The notes under the pieces are model-generated. The model saw only the letters and a program-made list of their open reading frames with translations. It ran no database searches and was not told the DNA's origin. This document shows positions 1-14,797 of a stretch of DNA of 64,000 nucleotides, in pieces (positions within the stretch are counted from its first letter, which is position 1; every line of letters begins with the position of its first letter). Source of the DNA: Eledone cirrhosa (lineage: Eukaryota); assembly GCA_964016885.1 (NCBI GenBank), contig OZ024747.1, positions 57,598,001-57,662,000 of the forward strand. Reading direction: 5' to 3'. The position numbers and the translations under genes were made by a program.

Positions 1-445
1 ATAGCAAAAAGAATAGCAACAGCAACAACAACTACTGTGGCATGCATGTTACATCCGTTGGCTCCGACGATGAATGTCCTAATTTTCCGAACATCATAAC
101 AGTGACATTCTCTTGCTCTTGACTGAATATTCCACATACACGTATACATTTAACGTAGTTCTCAGGGAGATTCAGTGAGACACAAACTGTGACCCTTTAA
201 ATTACAGGTACACCTCACGTATAGTAGCTGAGTAGTATCTTGTTCAATGACACAACGCACCGGTGGAAATAGAACTCACGATCTTATGATCAGAACTGAA
301 CAAGCTATCCACCAAGCCACGTACATTAACGAAACGCTTTCACGATAATGGTTTCTACATTTGGCAGAAGGCCAGCAGTTTGAAAGAAAGTAAACGATAA
401 ATGAAGGAATACAGTAAGGGGACACACTTAAACAATTGTTTATAT

Positions 446-879
446 CAGGCGTGTGTCTGAGTGGTTAGAGAATTGGATTCGCAAGCGTAAGGTTGTGAGT
501 TCGATTCCTGGACCAGGCGATGCGTTATGTCCTTGAGCAAGACACTTTATTTCACGTTGCTCCTTCTACCTGGAGTTGCGACCGATAGATAGTATTAGCA
601 AATGGAAAGACCAACGGAAACATTGTTCCCTCGGTCCGATTTGACGAAAGTCGATCGTTCCTTTATATCAGACAAACTGAGGGTCCAACCGAGGGCCACA
701 CGGGTCACATATGTGTTGTCTGAGGGCCACACACGACAATTAACTGCGCATATAACAATTTATTTTTTAATTTTTATATTACGAGGATAAAACATGCCCG
801 CGCTGTACACACATTTGTGTGGGTCGGTGTGCTTGCAAAGGGCTGCATGCGACCCACGGGCTGCAGTTTGACATGCCTG
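446..879. mobile_element. hAT (Charlie-like) non-autonomous MITE, left TIR interrupted by a SINE
   Basis: Starts CAGGCGTGT and ends CAGTTTGACATGCCTG. 8-bp TSD GTTTATAT at 438-445 and 880-887. GC-rich subterminal GGGCTGCATGCGACCCACGGGCTGC. Confidence 0.7.
450..662 (+). mobile_element. tRNA-derived SINE, family 2
   Basis: A-box-like TCTGAGTGG, B-box GAGTTCGATTCC, body TGTCCTTGAGCAAGACACTTTATTTCACGTTGCTCC. Near-identical inverted copy at 34381-34597; diverged copy at about 62885-63095. Confidence 0.8.
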
Positions 880-1599
880 GTTTATATAACAGTTTCTGAT
901 TTTGGTACAAGGCGAACAATTTGAAGGAAAGGAGAATGTCGACTAAATCGATCACAGTGAGTTAATGGTACTTTATTTTATAGACCCCGTAAGGATGAAA
1001 GACAAAGCTAACTTGAGCGCGATTTGAACTCAGATCGCAAAGGGCCATGACTGCATGCTGAAACTCTTACATAATAATAATTCAAAGAATCATCACAAAT
1101 AACACCCACTAGCAAAAATCAAAACTACAACTTCTACCGTCACAATAACGACAACAAGAACAATAGCATAGGCTGAAAATACACAATTACAACAAGAACC
1201 ACAACAACAATAGAAGCAGCAGCCGTGGCAGTGACAATCACTGACAATACTTAAAATGATGAACGCGTTTGATTTGAAAATGTATAACATATTTGTGTGT
1301 AATTTTTCTAGATATATATCGTTGTTCAGGGCGAAATAGCAAGTGTTTACTTCGCTGGTAAAAACATCTAAATGAGCAACAACATGCAACCGTGCGATAA
1401 TTTCTAATCTATCATTGTTACTTTATAGTGTCGTGCCGTCATATTACATGGCATATTATACGATATCTAACATCACTTAAAGCTGTTTATATCTCACTAA
1501 TGGTGGAGAAGGATATATGAGTTTCAATATGTGTATGTTTGTTTAAGTGTGTGTAAATATATATGTAATTATTTCTAAATTCATACATATAATCATATG

Positions 1600-2210
<611 letters not shown>

Positions 2211-2814
2211 CATAATAAATATATGTATATATCGTTAGAGAAAATGATGTATAACAGAGTCGACACCGTCTATATGATAACAACTATAACAACAATAACA
2301 GCAACAAAGACGACGATAATGGTAGTGATGAGGAGGAGAGTAAGTGCAATAACAAGAAAAATGTAGAAACCAAAGGTAAAAACAACGTATTGTTAATAGT
2401 TATCTTATAATAGATGATCTATGGAGACACGCAGAGAATTTTCTTGTTTGCCAAGAAAGAAATACTCATAAAAACATATGTGTGTATATGACAGTCGTTC
2501 TGTGTGAATGTGTATCTTACTGAGTAATTGTGTTGGTGAATATGAGTGTCTTTGAGGTTAGGGTATTCAGCATCATTTCTAAAGTAGTCGTTTCGATTCC
2601 CGAATGTGTGTTGTGTCCATGAATAAGACACTTTATTTTACGTTGCTCCAATCCGCCCAACTGGAAAATATAAATAAATTATACTTAACATTCAAAGGTT
2701 CGGCCGTGTTGCTTTGAATATCACTGAAAATTACATTAGAGGTAGACGTACAAGCTGTACCGTAGGTCGAACAACTAGAGCATTCTTCGTTGGAATTGGC
2801 GGAGATCCAATACA

Positions 2815-3420
2815 GCATGTTTGATATTCCCTGGTTACGCGTTCTTTGTTCCAAATACCATCATAGGATATATCCTCATCTATCCCTAAGTATCTGTAGC
2901 AGTCTTCGTCGGATATCGGTGAAATGTTGCTAGATTGATTTGTAGTGATTCCTCTCTTTACAATCGTATATGAACATTTATCCTGGCCAAACTTCATTTC
3001 AATACCTTCCGAAAACTGCTAAACCAGGTCAAGGGTTTTCTTCATTCCATATATATTCTTCGCATAGTTTCAGGTAATCTACAAAGATGATATGGGTTAA
3101 GTTGGTATTCTTACTGTTTCAAGGAACTGCTTGTGTATTGCTGTCGTTTGTTGATGGTTACTATGGCTGCTAGAACGTCTAGTAACATGGTGACCTGTAG
3201 TATGTGTTGTTCATTGCATGTTCGATTTGGGAGACTTACATGAATAATGTTCATGTTATTTTTACGTTCAACAAACCTTGCTTGTTGGCGCAATTGTTTG
3301 GTTGTGAAGTGATATAGTTCTGGATGTATTTTGTCCAAGTATAACTTCATTCTATTTATATAGCCATCAGAGGGATCTTTTTTTGTCATTTTTTTAACAA
3401 TTAAATTAATCATTATTAAA
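2815..3420 (-). mobile_element. Decayed R4/Dong-like non-LTR retrotransposon fragments
   Basis: Minus-strand peptides THIIFVDYLKL (degenerate RT motif C), MKFGQDKC and YRYLGIDE, plus N-terminal-type GYINRMK...HPE...KQLRQQARF. Frameshifted. Confidence 0.6.
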
Positions 3421-4870
3421 TTCGTAACTCCAAGAAAAACCCTATTTATAATGTCGGTTCCTTCTGTAACTACAACTGAAAAATTATTTACCTTTCACGT
3501 TGTTGGTTTTCTACGGTTCTCCACGAATGTTGTTGATTTCATCCATTCTGCTTGTAGCAAATCCTTGTAAACTGAATTTAGTATTTAGTCAGATATCTCT
3601 ACGTCTTCCAATAAAAGGTATCTACAGTAAGAATACTTAGAAGTATATCCAGTTATTCAACATAGCTTATAGTTGCGACTTTACTGTCAGAGATATATTC
3701 AACTTAAATTTAATGAATAGTCTTCCACACTTTATGCGCGTTGATGTTTCTATACGTATCACATTTACACATACGTAAGTATGCATGTATGTATGTAGGT
3801 AGGTAGCTATATACGTTGGCTTGTATGAATGTATGCATGGGTGTTTGTATATATATATATCTATTTATATATATATACGTTTGCATGTGTGTGTTTATAA
3901 ATGTATGTATATATGTCTGTATGTACAAACACACACACAGACACACACACACACGTATGTATGTATGTATGTATGTACGGGAGTAGATGAAGAGGAGAGG
4001 TTAAAGATAAGATTCTAATTGATTGGTGATTTTACATCATAGAAAGCAGATAATCTCTGACAGGAATAGATGAAAAATCATGACATAATCTACTTTAGAT
4101 CTTGTCACTGTTTGATGGTCGACAATACGTAAAGAATCTGATAATGTTTCTTCCAAGCTTGCACACAATAGCCGCTTGTAAGACACAAACACGTTATCAT
4201 CTGTCATAGGCAATTTGCATAGCGCCTTAGAGAACTTTGTGTATTTACAGCAAAATGACAACTCAAAGCTGTTTCTATTTCTACTTGAAGGGACTTCAAT
4301 AACGATTGCTACTTTAGGAACAAGGCCAAACATTTTGTGGAGAGGTGAAAGTCGATTAAATCGAACCCAGTACTTGACAGATATTTTATTTTATCAATCT
4401 TGGAATGAAAAGTTCACGTCGGTGGGATATGTCTGCAAAACGCACGGAGCAGTAAAAATTATACTTCGAAAATATTTTTCCTGTGCACTAACGATTCAAC
4501 CATTCCACTGCTCTTAAGATATTTGAAAAATACTATATTGTTGTTATTTTAGTTGTTTTCTACATTTTTGAATACAGTAAACCAGATTGGGAAAGTTTAC
4601 TCATCACATAGTTTCATACCGCCACTTAGTTCGTGAATGTCTTAAGCCACATACACTTTATTTCAAGTAGTTTAGCCACGTCTCCGATTTAAGGATACAT
4701 TCTTTCTACCAATAGTCCCGGAGGCCCTCAAGGGGTTATTTACATTTCATCTTCCTTTTTGAATAAACAATATATATATATATAGTGTGTGTGTCCTTGT
4801 CTAATGACCTTGTGAAAAGCAAGTGAAACTCCAAAGGGACAAGTCTCAAAATGAATATGTCTGTAAATAA

Positions 4871-4905
<35 letters not shown>

Positions 4906-4976
4906 TGTATGTATGTATGTATGTATGTATGTATGTATGTATGTATAAATGGCTTCTACAGGACTAGAACTGTTTC

Positions 4977-5052
<76 letters not shown>

Positions 5053-5059
<7 letters not shown>

Positions 5060-5210
5060 TAAACTAACAGATTAAAGTTTAAGCCAAGATACGCTGCTTT
5101 CACCCTTAACGGGATCTTCTGAAACTCTACGGTTCTTATATATTTGATATATATTTATCCTTAGCGAGCCCTCTTTGGATTTTAGTCTTCAAATTTATTA
5201 TTATTACTAT
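5053..5210. mobile_element. PLE-end family B, copy with inverted 5' half
   Basis: Homologous to 16813-16974. Segment 5053-5124 is inverted relative to 5125-5210. Flanked by (TA)n. Confidence 0.7.
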
Positions 5211-5454
5211 ATAAATATATATATACATCGTAGATCCTGATAGACTGATGCTCTTGATATGTTGATGTTGCATTTGAACTGCTGTAAATTAATGTCCGCA
5301 GGAAAGAGAAAATATAAGAAAAACACAAAAAGGATGATTTCTCGCTAGATTATAGGAAGATGAGGGACTGAGAACATGGCATTTGTAGTGTTGTTGAGGT
5401 TTTCTATTGTCTCTTGTCCAAGATTAAAGATATTGAAAAAAATCATTAAAAATG

Positions 5455-5598
5455 TTCATTTAGTCCAGAATTAGCCGTCGAAACAGCTTGAGCTCAGCCG
5501 TCGGGGTCCTACTCGTTCCTATTACCCACTCTACTACCCTAAGTATTGAGTACTTTGGTGCGTTATGGTCCATCTGGTTCCTTACCACATTTCCTTCG

Positions 5599-5600
<2 letters not shown>
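5455..5600 (+). mobile_element. Short (TA)n-tailed element family A (putative PLE-end derivative)
   Basis: About 145 bp, TTCATTTAGTCCAG...TTCCTTCGTT followed by (TA)n. Five loci in the window. Confidence 0.75.
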
Positions 5601-5658
<58 letters not shown>

Positions 5659-5865
5659 TTAGGCGCGTGTTTTTATATTTTTGTATGTATATTCAGCCCG
5701 AATGTAGAGTTAACTCTATAAGCAAGTTACCAAATGCAGAATATAACACACACTACATCTTGAAGTATTGTATACTTGCTTTTGTATCTGTAAGTGTTGT
5801 TCCTACGAACAAACACCCACTAACCACACACACATCTATATACATATTTCCATAAATGTATGACT

Positions 5866-5962
<97 letters not shown>

Positions 5963-6149
5963 CTCTCCACTGCATATTAAATTATTTGCACGCGAACACG
6001 GTGAATAAAATGGTAGGCGCCAGTTCTTACATGCACATTATAATAGAAATCTTTGTCTTGAATATATATATATATATACATATATACAAATATATATATA
6101 TACATATATACAAATATATACATATATACAAATATATATATATATATAT

Positions 6150-6217
<68 letters not shown>

Positions 6218-6444
6218 ATACATACATATATATATATATGTATAAACTGAGAGATAAAGATAGATGGACAGAGAAAGGCAAAGCTGTAAGAGGAGAGGGA
6301 GAGTTTTAGCTTATATTATATACACCACTTATAATATATACACCATTGATAATATATACGCTACTTAAATAGTTTATGCAACTGTATCCCTAAATACACA
6401 TTACTGTTAGAATAATATCTTAGCCAATTCTAAAAGTATATAAT

Positions 6445-6562
<118 letters not shown>

Positions 6563-6607
6563 GTATATATATATAAATATATATATATATACATATACAT
6601 ATATATG

Positions 6608-6650
<43 letters not shown>

Positions 6651-6652
6651 GT

Positions 6653-6683
<31 letters not shown>

Positions 6684-6830
6684 AACATACACGCACATTC
6701 ATACATGGATATATCTATTTATTTATATAACTAATATATATATATATATATATATTGTGTGTGTGTTGAGTCATTTATATGAATACATATATGCGTGTAT
6801 GTATCTACATACATATATATTTATATATAA

Positions 6831-6870
<40 letters not shown>

Positions 6871-7193
6871 ATATGAAACACGCAAATAAATCGTTTAAGG
6901 CATGATATAATTGTATCTTATCATGTCTTGAATGCAATGAAATGCAATACTATGCCACCGCCTTAATGAACTTTACCTCATGCATACACAGGTAGAAATT
7001 CAAATAGATACGCCATTCTCTATTTCAATTCTTGAAAGGTTTCTATATATTTAATAGATCCAATCAACTTTCTAGTTTGCTTTAAATCCTCACTACACAA
7101 TCATATCAAAAGCAATTCCACAGTCATACATTTATATTCTATAACACTATCATTGTCTATGAACTTTGTATATATATATATATATATATATAT

Positions 7194-7393
7194 AGCAAAG
7201 GAAATTTGGTAAGGAACCAGATGGACCATAACGCACCAGAGTACTCAATACCTAGGGTAGTAGAGTGGGAAATAGGAAAAAAGTATGACCCCAGCGGCAG
7301 ATCTCAAGCCGTTTCGACGGCTATTTCTGGACATAGTCCAGAAATACATGTCGAAACGGCTTGAGCTCTGCCGTCGGGGTCATACATTTTCCT
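7194..7393. mobile_element. Family A fold-back copy
   Basis: Long arm on minus 7194-7342, short arm on plus 7344-7393, (TA)n on both sides. Confidence 0.75.
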
Positions 7394-7453
7394 ATATATA
7401 TATATATATATATATATACAAACTCATATATATATATATATATATACATACAT

Positions 7454-7494
<41 letters not shown>

Positions 7495-7911
7495 CATACA
7501 AACACCGGACCTTGTTACCCGGAGATTTACCCATTTGCATTGTTGAGGCTTCCAAACGACTTAAATATATATATACATACAAACATATATATATATATAT
7601 ATACACACTCACACATACATATACACACACACACATATATATATTCTGTGTGGTCATATAGAATTCATTTTGTTAATGTCGGGTTTTTCCGAATGCTTGT
7701 AAAATGAACGAGTGTTGTTGTTGATGATGCATAAATGATTTTATCATTTCACAAGAAAACAAATTTATCCTTCGCCAAGGAAAAATAGTAATCATACATG
7801 AACACATTCCTAAGAGGATTTATATATTTATGGAAACTATTCATTGTAATCTTTGAAACAAACACACACACATACACACACACGCGCGCACACACACACA
7901 CACGCGCATAC

Positions 7912-7948
<37 letters not shown>

Positions 7949-8297
7949 CACACACACATATATATGAATGCATACACACACATTTATATATATATATATA
8001 TATGAACACATACACACACATTTATATATATATATATGTTATATATATATTATATATATTATATATGAATTATATTATATATATATTATATATATATATA
8101 TTATATATATATATATTATATATATATTATATATGAATTATATTATATATATATATATTATATATATATTATATATGAATTATATTATATATATATATAT
8201 ATTATATATATTATAAATGAATTATATTATATATATATTATATATATATATATTATATATATATATATAATATATACATATTATATATATATTATAG

Positions 8298-8488
8298 GGC
8301 GGTGAATTGGCAGTATCGGTAGAGGGTTGGATGCCATGCTTTGATGCATAGAGTTACGGCCCTTGCCATTCTGAGTTCAAATCCCGCCGAGGTTAACTTT
8401 GCCTTTCATCCTTACGGGGTCGATAAAATAAAGTACCAGTAATGCACTGGGTAATTGCTGGCCTTGTGCCAAAAGTAGAAACAATTAT
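8298..8488 (+). mobile_element. tRNA-derived SINE family 1, full length
   Basis: A-box TGGCAGTATCGG, B-box GAGTTCAAATCC, body GCCTTTCATCCTTACGGGGTCGATAAAATAAAGTACCAG, tail GAAACAATTAT. More than 15 copies in the window. Confidence 0.9.
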
Positions 8489-8602
8489 ATATATATTATA
8501 TATGAATTATATTATATATATATTATATATATATATTATATATATATTATATATGAATTATATTATATATATATTATATATGAATGCATACACACACGTT
8601 TG

Positions 8603-8648
<46 letters not shown>

Positions 8649-9192
8649 CTATATAATAGAGTGAATAATAACATAGGAAACCAGCAATCGAGAAGATGGA
8701 AGATTGCGAATATTAGTTTAATGCTCAAATGTGAGGAAATGTCAGTATCTAACATTTTACGCTATCCATTTCCTTGGCGGATAGTGAAAGGAAAATGTAT
8801 GTTTATATATATATATATATATATATACATATACATACATATATACTTATATACATACATATATACATATATATATATACATATATGCATGTATATACAT
8901 ACGTATACACACACACACAATATATATATATATTTATTTTATATGTTTATTTTTCCTTTCCTTCTTCCTTTTCCAGCCTCACTTTCATATAGATTATATT
9001 TTTGTTTTTAAAATCCAATGTCAATAAATACACCAGGATTTTTTCAAGGTGATGATCGAAAGCAAAATTTGTTTGCTTTCAAGAAACCACTGGTAAATGA
9101 AATAATTGCCTTATGTTGTTTATTACATAACTATTAAGCTCTGTAACCTACATAGAGCACTCTTTTTTCCTGGACCTTTCCAATGGAATTAC

Positions 9193-9253
<61 letters not shown>

Positions 9254-9397
9254 TTATATTAGTATGTATTAAATTAATAATGAAAATAAAAACAACAGTC
9301 AAATTATTTTACCTATTCATATTGCTTTACGATTGTTTCGGATTACATTGTATTCTATCTACGGTACGGATCCTACCACCAACTGTAGGCCACACTG

Positions 9398-9451
<54 letters not shown>

Positions 9452-10865
9452 TTGTATATATATATATATATATCATGATGTTTGGGTTTTAGGCATTCAC
9501 GCAAACTTTTTCACTTCAAAGTTCAATTCTATTTTCAATGAAATTACAACGGAATTTCTGTTATAATTATTCATCTTCCAAATTGTTACATGGTAAGAAT
9601 GACAACCAAATGTTTGAGAGAAAGTGAGAGAGACCGAGGAAGAAAGGGGGTTGGAAAATAGGAAGAGAGGGTGAGATATGTTTATTCTTAATTAGGAATG
9701 GGTAGCAAATCGCATGTTTGTATTTATTTTTTAACAAAATACTTATAATTATGAACTTAGCTCTCCATATCTCGGTGGTTTGCGAACTCTAAATCGTGAT
9801 CCGCTTTTCAAAGCTGTAGTTGCGTATTTCTCTGTGGTGAGATAGAAGACTACACTGTCCTCAATTATGATTAAAATAGAGGAAAAGACGTTTAATTTTC
9901 AATTCGGTTTTAGGAGTTCGTAAAAAGACAAATGTTGACATATGTTTTTGTATTCATTCATAAATCCACTCCGCTTTGGCTGAATATTGTACTATTTCGG
10001 TACGGATATGTCTTTACGGACTTATTCAGACAACCACTCCTATCTTAGTTGCTATATCCTCAAAGTTTCAGCGGTTGCATCCTCTGCCTTTCTCCATAAG
10101 CCTGTCTTAATCGGAACCTAATGCTTTGTTCAAACCATTAACATAAATTGTTTGTATTCTCTCTGTCCCCGAGATACAAACGTTTGTGTTTTTAATAACT
10201 TTGAATTTCAAGTAGGAACGTCCCTAGGAGAAAGAACGGTTAAAAGCACATATGCCTGGCTCAGAAAACTTCCAGTATTTACATCAGAGATATGAACACC
10301 ATATGGGAGCTTTTAATTAAGAATGAAATAACATTAAGCGAAAGACGATGAAACTATTAAGTTTAATGCTGCTAATTTCTATAAGGCAATTATCCTACGG
10401 GTGATAGCATAATCTTTATATTTGATTAAGTGTGTTAGTATACCATGTGAGACTTAGTTCAACGTGTGTCTATATATAATCACGTTTGGGCTAGTAACTC
10501 CACAAATAATTATTATGAACGTAACTTAGTACGGATAACATTTTAAGTAAAATGTACACGTATATTGACTCGTACGTATAATAGTTTATTCGTTTGAGGG
10601 AGGAGTCACACGCCTTGCTAAAAATACAGCCCAAACCCATTTAAATTACATTCAACGGTCTTTAAAAGGGGGGCAAAGGATAAAAGGCTGTTTCAAAAAA
10701 ATATCATTGTGTTACATATATATAAATATATTTAACCATTTGGAGTACACCTTTAAATGGATTCCTGCATGCTGTGTCAACTCTAATAACGCATTGAGCT
10801 TAACAAGCCTTACAAAAATAAATAGTGAATTATTCCACTCTTTTCCTATCTATCTGTATGTGTAA

Positions 10866-10897
<32 letters not shown>

Positions 10898-10989
10898 ATA
10901 TATATACACGTATATATAAAACATGAGAAGAAAGAAGAATACTGCGTGGCTGCACATGGGTTACATATGATAAAATTAGTCCTTCGTCA

Positions 10990-11053
<64 letters not shown>

Positions 11054-11149
11054 TATATACTCACATATACACACACATAAACATACATATATACACATAT
11101 ATGTGTGCGTGTGTATAGCTAATAAAGCGAGGGTGAGATAGATAGATAT

Positions 11150-11211
<62 letters not shown>

Positions 11212-11576
11212 TGATAGATAGATAGATTGCCTAGTGACGTTTTCTTTCGTACTTTCCCTTTCGGTGATGTTATCAAGTATTCAAGGGGAATAATGATGTT
11301 TTCCTGCAAAGTCCAGATAACTACTTAAGGAACGAAGGCGGAGGAGAAAAGAGAATACAACACAGTTTGATAACTTCCACTAGTGTTTCTCCCCCTATTA
11401 TATCAAATTATTCATGCAGGTATCGCTCCCAAGCTGACGTGCTGTTTTGAAGCATAAATCAAAAGATGTGATTTATTTCAGTCTCCAGGCAAAACGTAAG
11501 CATCAGAGACTGAGAGCCGAGGTATATTCGTATGCATAACAGACTTGCAGTGCTGGAACAGAAGTCACTCACAGGT

Positions 11577-11758
<182 letters not shown>

Positions 11759-11823
11759 GCGCACACCCATATATATACACACACGCACACATAGATACAC
11801 GCGCACACGCGTATATATATACA

Positions 11824-11997
<174 letters not shown>

Positions 11998-12641
11998 TAT
12001 ATGCACACACATGATCACACTCACGCATACACTATCACGTACACCCACACATGTATGTATGTATGTATGTATGTATGTATGTATGTATGTATGTATGTAT
12101 GTATGTATGTTTGTATAATTGCATATAACAAGCAAACATTAATATTTATGGACGCTTCAGTGCTTGCCGAAAGCAGTTTTTAGAAATATATGGCAAAAAT
12201 ACATACGCAAATACATGTTAATAGATACACGCACACAAACGTATGCACATGAAAAAAAACACACACACACACAAAGAAACAAACACATACACAAACAAAC
12301 ATATATATATATGAATATATATATATATATGGTACATATATATGTACATATATGTATATATACATGTATATATATATGTGTATATATATGTGTATATATG
12401 TATATATATATGTATATATATGTATATATGTATATATGTATATATGTATATATGTATGTATATATATATGTGTATATATATATATATGTGTATATATGTG
12501 TATATATATATGTATAGATATGTATATATGTATGCGTGTGTGTGTGTGTGTTTTGTGTGCGTGTATACACAGAAATATATGTTTATGTATGTGCTTGTTT
12601 CTTTGTTTTTTTCTTGTGCGTGTATCTGTGTATCTACTAGC

Positions 12642-12691
<50 letters not shown>

Positions 12692-12693
<2 letters not shown>

Positions 12694-12962
12694 CGGAGGA
12701 GTTGTGGTAAGGAACCAGATGGACCATAACGTACCAGAGTACTCAATACTTAGCGTAGTAGAGTGGGTAATAGGAGAGAGTATGACCCCGACGACAGAGC
12801 TCAAGCCGTTTCGGCGGCTATTTAGTGCAGAAATAGCCGTCGAAACGGCCTGAGCTCTGCCGTCGGGGTCATACTTGTTCCTATTACCCACTCTACTACA
12901 CTAAGTATTGAGTACTTTGGTGCGTTATGGTCCATCTGGTTCCTTACCACAATTCCTTCGTT
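12692..12962. mobile_element. Family A fold-back with two arms both reaching the 3' terminus
   Basis: About 135-bp inverted arms meeting near 12823, roughly 10 mismatches, (TA)n on both flanks. Confidence 0.8.
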
Positions 12963-13205
12963 ATATATATATATATATATATATAACGTACATATATGTT
13001 CACACGTAATTTTTATTTTGCATATGGATTCATTTTATGTTTGATATGATTCCATAATGGAGTTACGTTAAAATTGTAAACACACATATTTTAGCTAGTA
13101 CATTTTTTCGTTGGGGACCATTCGGTGCCATAACTTGGCAAATTTATATCTACCCTACGAATGATGCACTTGGTATACAAGCAAAAGTTAATGCATTCGA
13201 AACGT

Positions 13206-13624
13206 AATTGTTTCTACTTCAGGCACAAGGCTAGCAAATTACCCAGTACATTACTGGTACTTTATTTTATCGACCCCCGCAAGGATGAAAGGCAAAGTTA
13301 ACCTCGGCGGGATTTGAACTCAGACTGTAAAGGGATGTAACTATGCTAGAAAGCATGGCGTCCAACCCTCTACCGATACTGCCAATAACCGCCCTATATA
13401 TAATAATAATAATAATAATGGTTTCTTATATAGGCACAAGGCCAGCAATTTTGGGGGAAGGGAAAGTCGATTAAATCGATCCTAGTGCTTGACTGGTATT
13501 TTATTTTATCGACCCCGTAAGGATGAAAGGCAAATTTAACCTCGGCGGGATTTGAACTCAGACTGTAAAGGGACGTAACTATGCTAGAAAGCATGGCGTC
13601 CAACCCTCTACCGTTACTGCCAAT
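13206..13624 (-). mobile_element. Two tandem SINE family 1 copies (13206-13394, 13418-13624)
   Basis: Reverse complement of the 8298-8488 sequence, separated by (AAT)n. Confidence 0.85.
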
Positions 13625-13658
13625 TGATACATAATATCCATATATCTGTATTACATAC

Positions 13659-13740
13659 GAACATGACTCGAAACTGACTTGAACATGACTTGAAACTGAC
13701 TTGAACATGACTTGAAACTGACTTGAACATGACTTGAAAC
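13659..13740. repeat. 22-bp tandem repeat (GAACATGACTTGAAACTGACTT) x about 3.7
   Basis: Read directly; no spacers. Confidence 0.85.
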
Positions 13741-14387
13741 GGTGTTTATTTGAAGCTTAATTCTAGTGGAGCAACTTTAGTGAAATTTGGAACTTATTTA
13801 TTTTTCCCTCTCATCTTGGTTTGTACAAATATGTACTTTTTAAAATTTCTTATTGCTGTAGTCCGGATATGTTTTTATGTAAAGAAATCTTGGACATAAT
13901 ATATCATACAGAAAATATTTATATTAGTCGAAACTCAAATTAACTAGGAAATAGTTTATCTTTGAAATGTATGGTGTTATATCGATAGCAGGCGGTCTTC
14001 TGATGAAACTCCTTATCTTGCAAACGCCTTCTCCATTCTGTCCGCCGGGGCTGTGGGTGGGCCCCATCGCCTACCAATACATTAGTTAAATACCATTCTT
14101 TCATCGATGTTCAATGGTATAACTGAAGTCGTAGACTAAAATTCTAACTAGGAAACCGAATGATTCTCGGCTTCAGAGTTAAGAATGAAGTAAAATCCAA
14201 TGATAGAGCTGGGCCATCGAAATATGTATAGTGTTCTCACGGAATTAAAATTCTAAAGTAAATTGTCCATTCTGTTGTTGTTGTTTTAATGTATATTTTG
14301 CAAGGCATGTATTTGGTTTGGGCTAAATATTAGTATTAAAATAAAAGTCATGTTCACTCCACCAGTTAGAAATGTTATGTGAAGCCA

Positions 14388-14797
14388 GATGTTTTCGTGA
14401 GAGGGAAAAGACCTGAGGTAATGGAGAGCTTTGTGTATCTCGGAAGTACACTTAGTAGAGATGGTACTCTTGATGCAGAAATATATCACAGGATTGCGAA
14501 AGCGAGTTTGGTCAAATCGGTTTATCACAAAAAACACAAAAGTCTCTGTGTAAGAGGCCTGTGTTCTTGCCATATGGATACAAAACGTGGACAACGTACA
14601 AGCATCATATCAGGCAGTTGGAAAAATGTCATCAGCATTGTGTACAACGCATCTTGAACATCAAGTGGTCCTCTTACACACCGGATACTGACGTCCTTGA
14701 AAAAGCGGGTAGCAACAATATTGTAGGGGGATTATTATGAACCAGATGCGTTGGGCTGGTCATGTGATCAGGAGAGAATAGGGAAGGCTGCCTGAAA
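14388..14797 (+). mobile_element. RTE-clade LINE RT C-terminal fragment (pseudogenised)
   Basis: VMESFVYLGSTLSRDGTLDAEIYHRIAKAS, then after frameshifts TWTTYKHHIRQLEKCHQHCVQRILNIKW and QMRWAGHVIR. Confidence 0.85.

Noticed and set aside
8298-8390. tRNA gene
   Set aside because: A and B boxes are present but there is no cloverleaf; it is the head of a multi-copy SINE.
12692-12823. A-to-G excess in the left hairpin arm as a fossil of ADAR editing
   Set aside because: Only about 5 sites, one shared with the 7.2-kb copy (subfamily variant). The 16.4/17.0-kb repeat shows no such bias.
13659-13740. Short direct-repeat array as CRISPR or iteron
   Set aside because: Contiguous 22-bp tandem without spacers.
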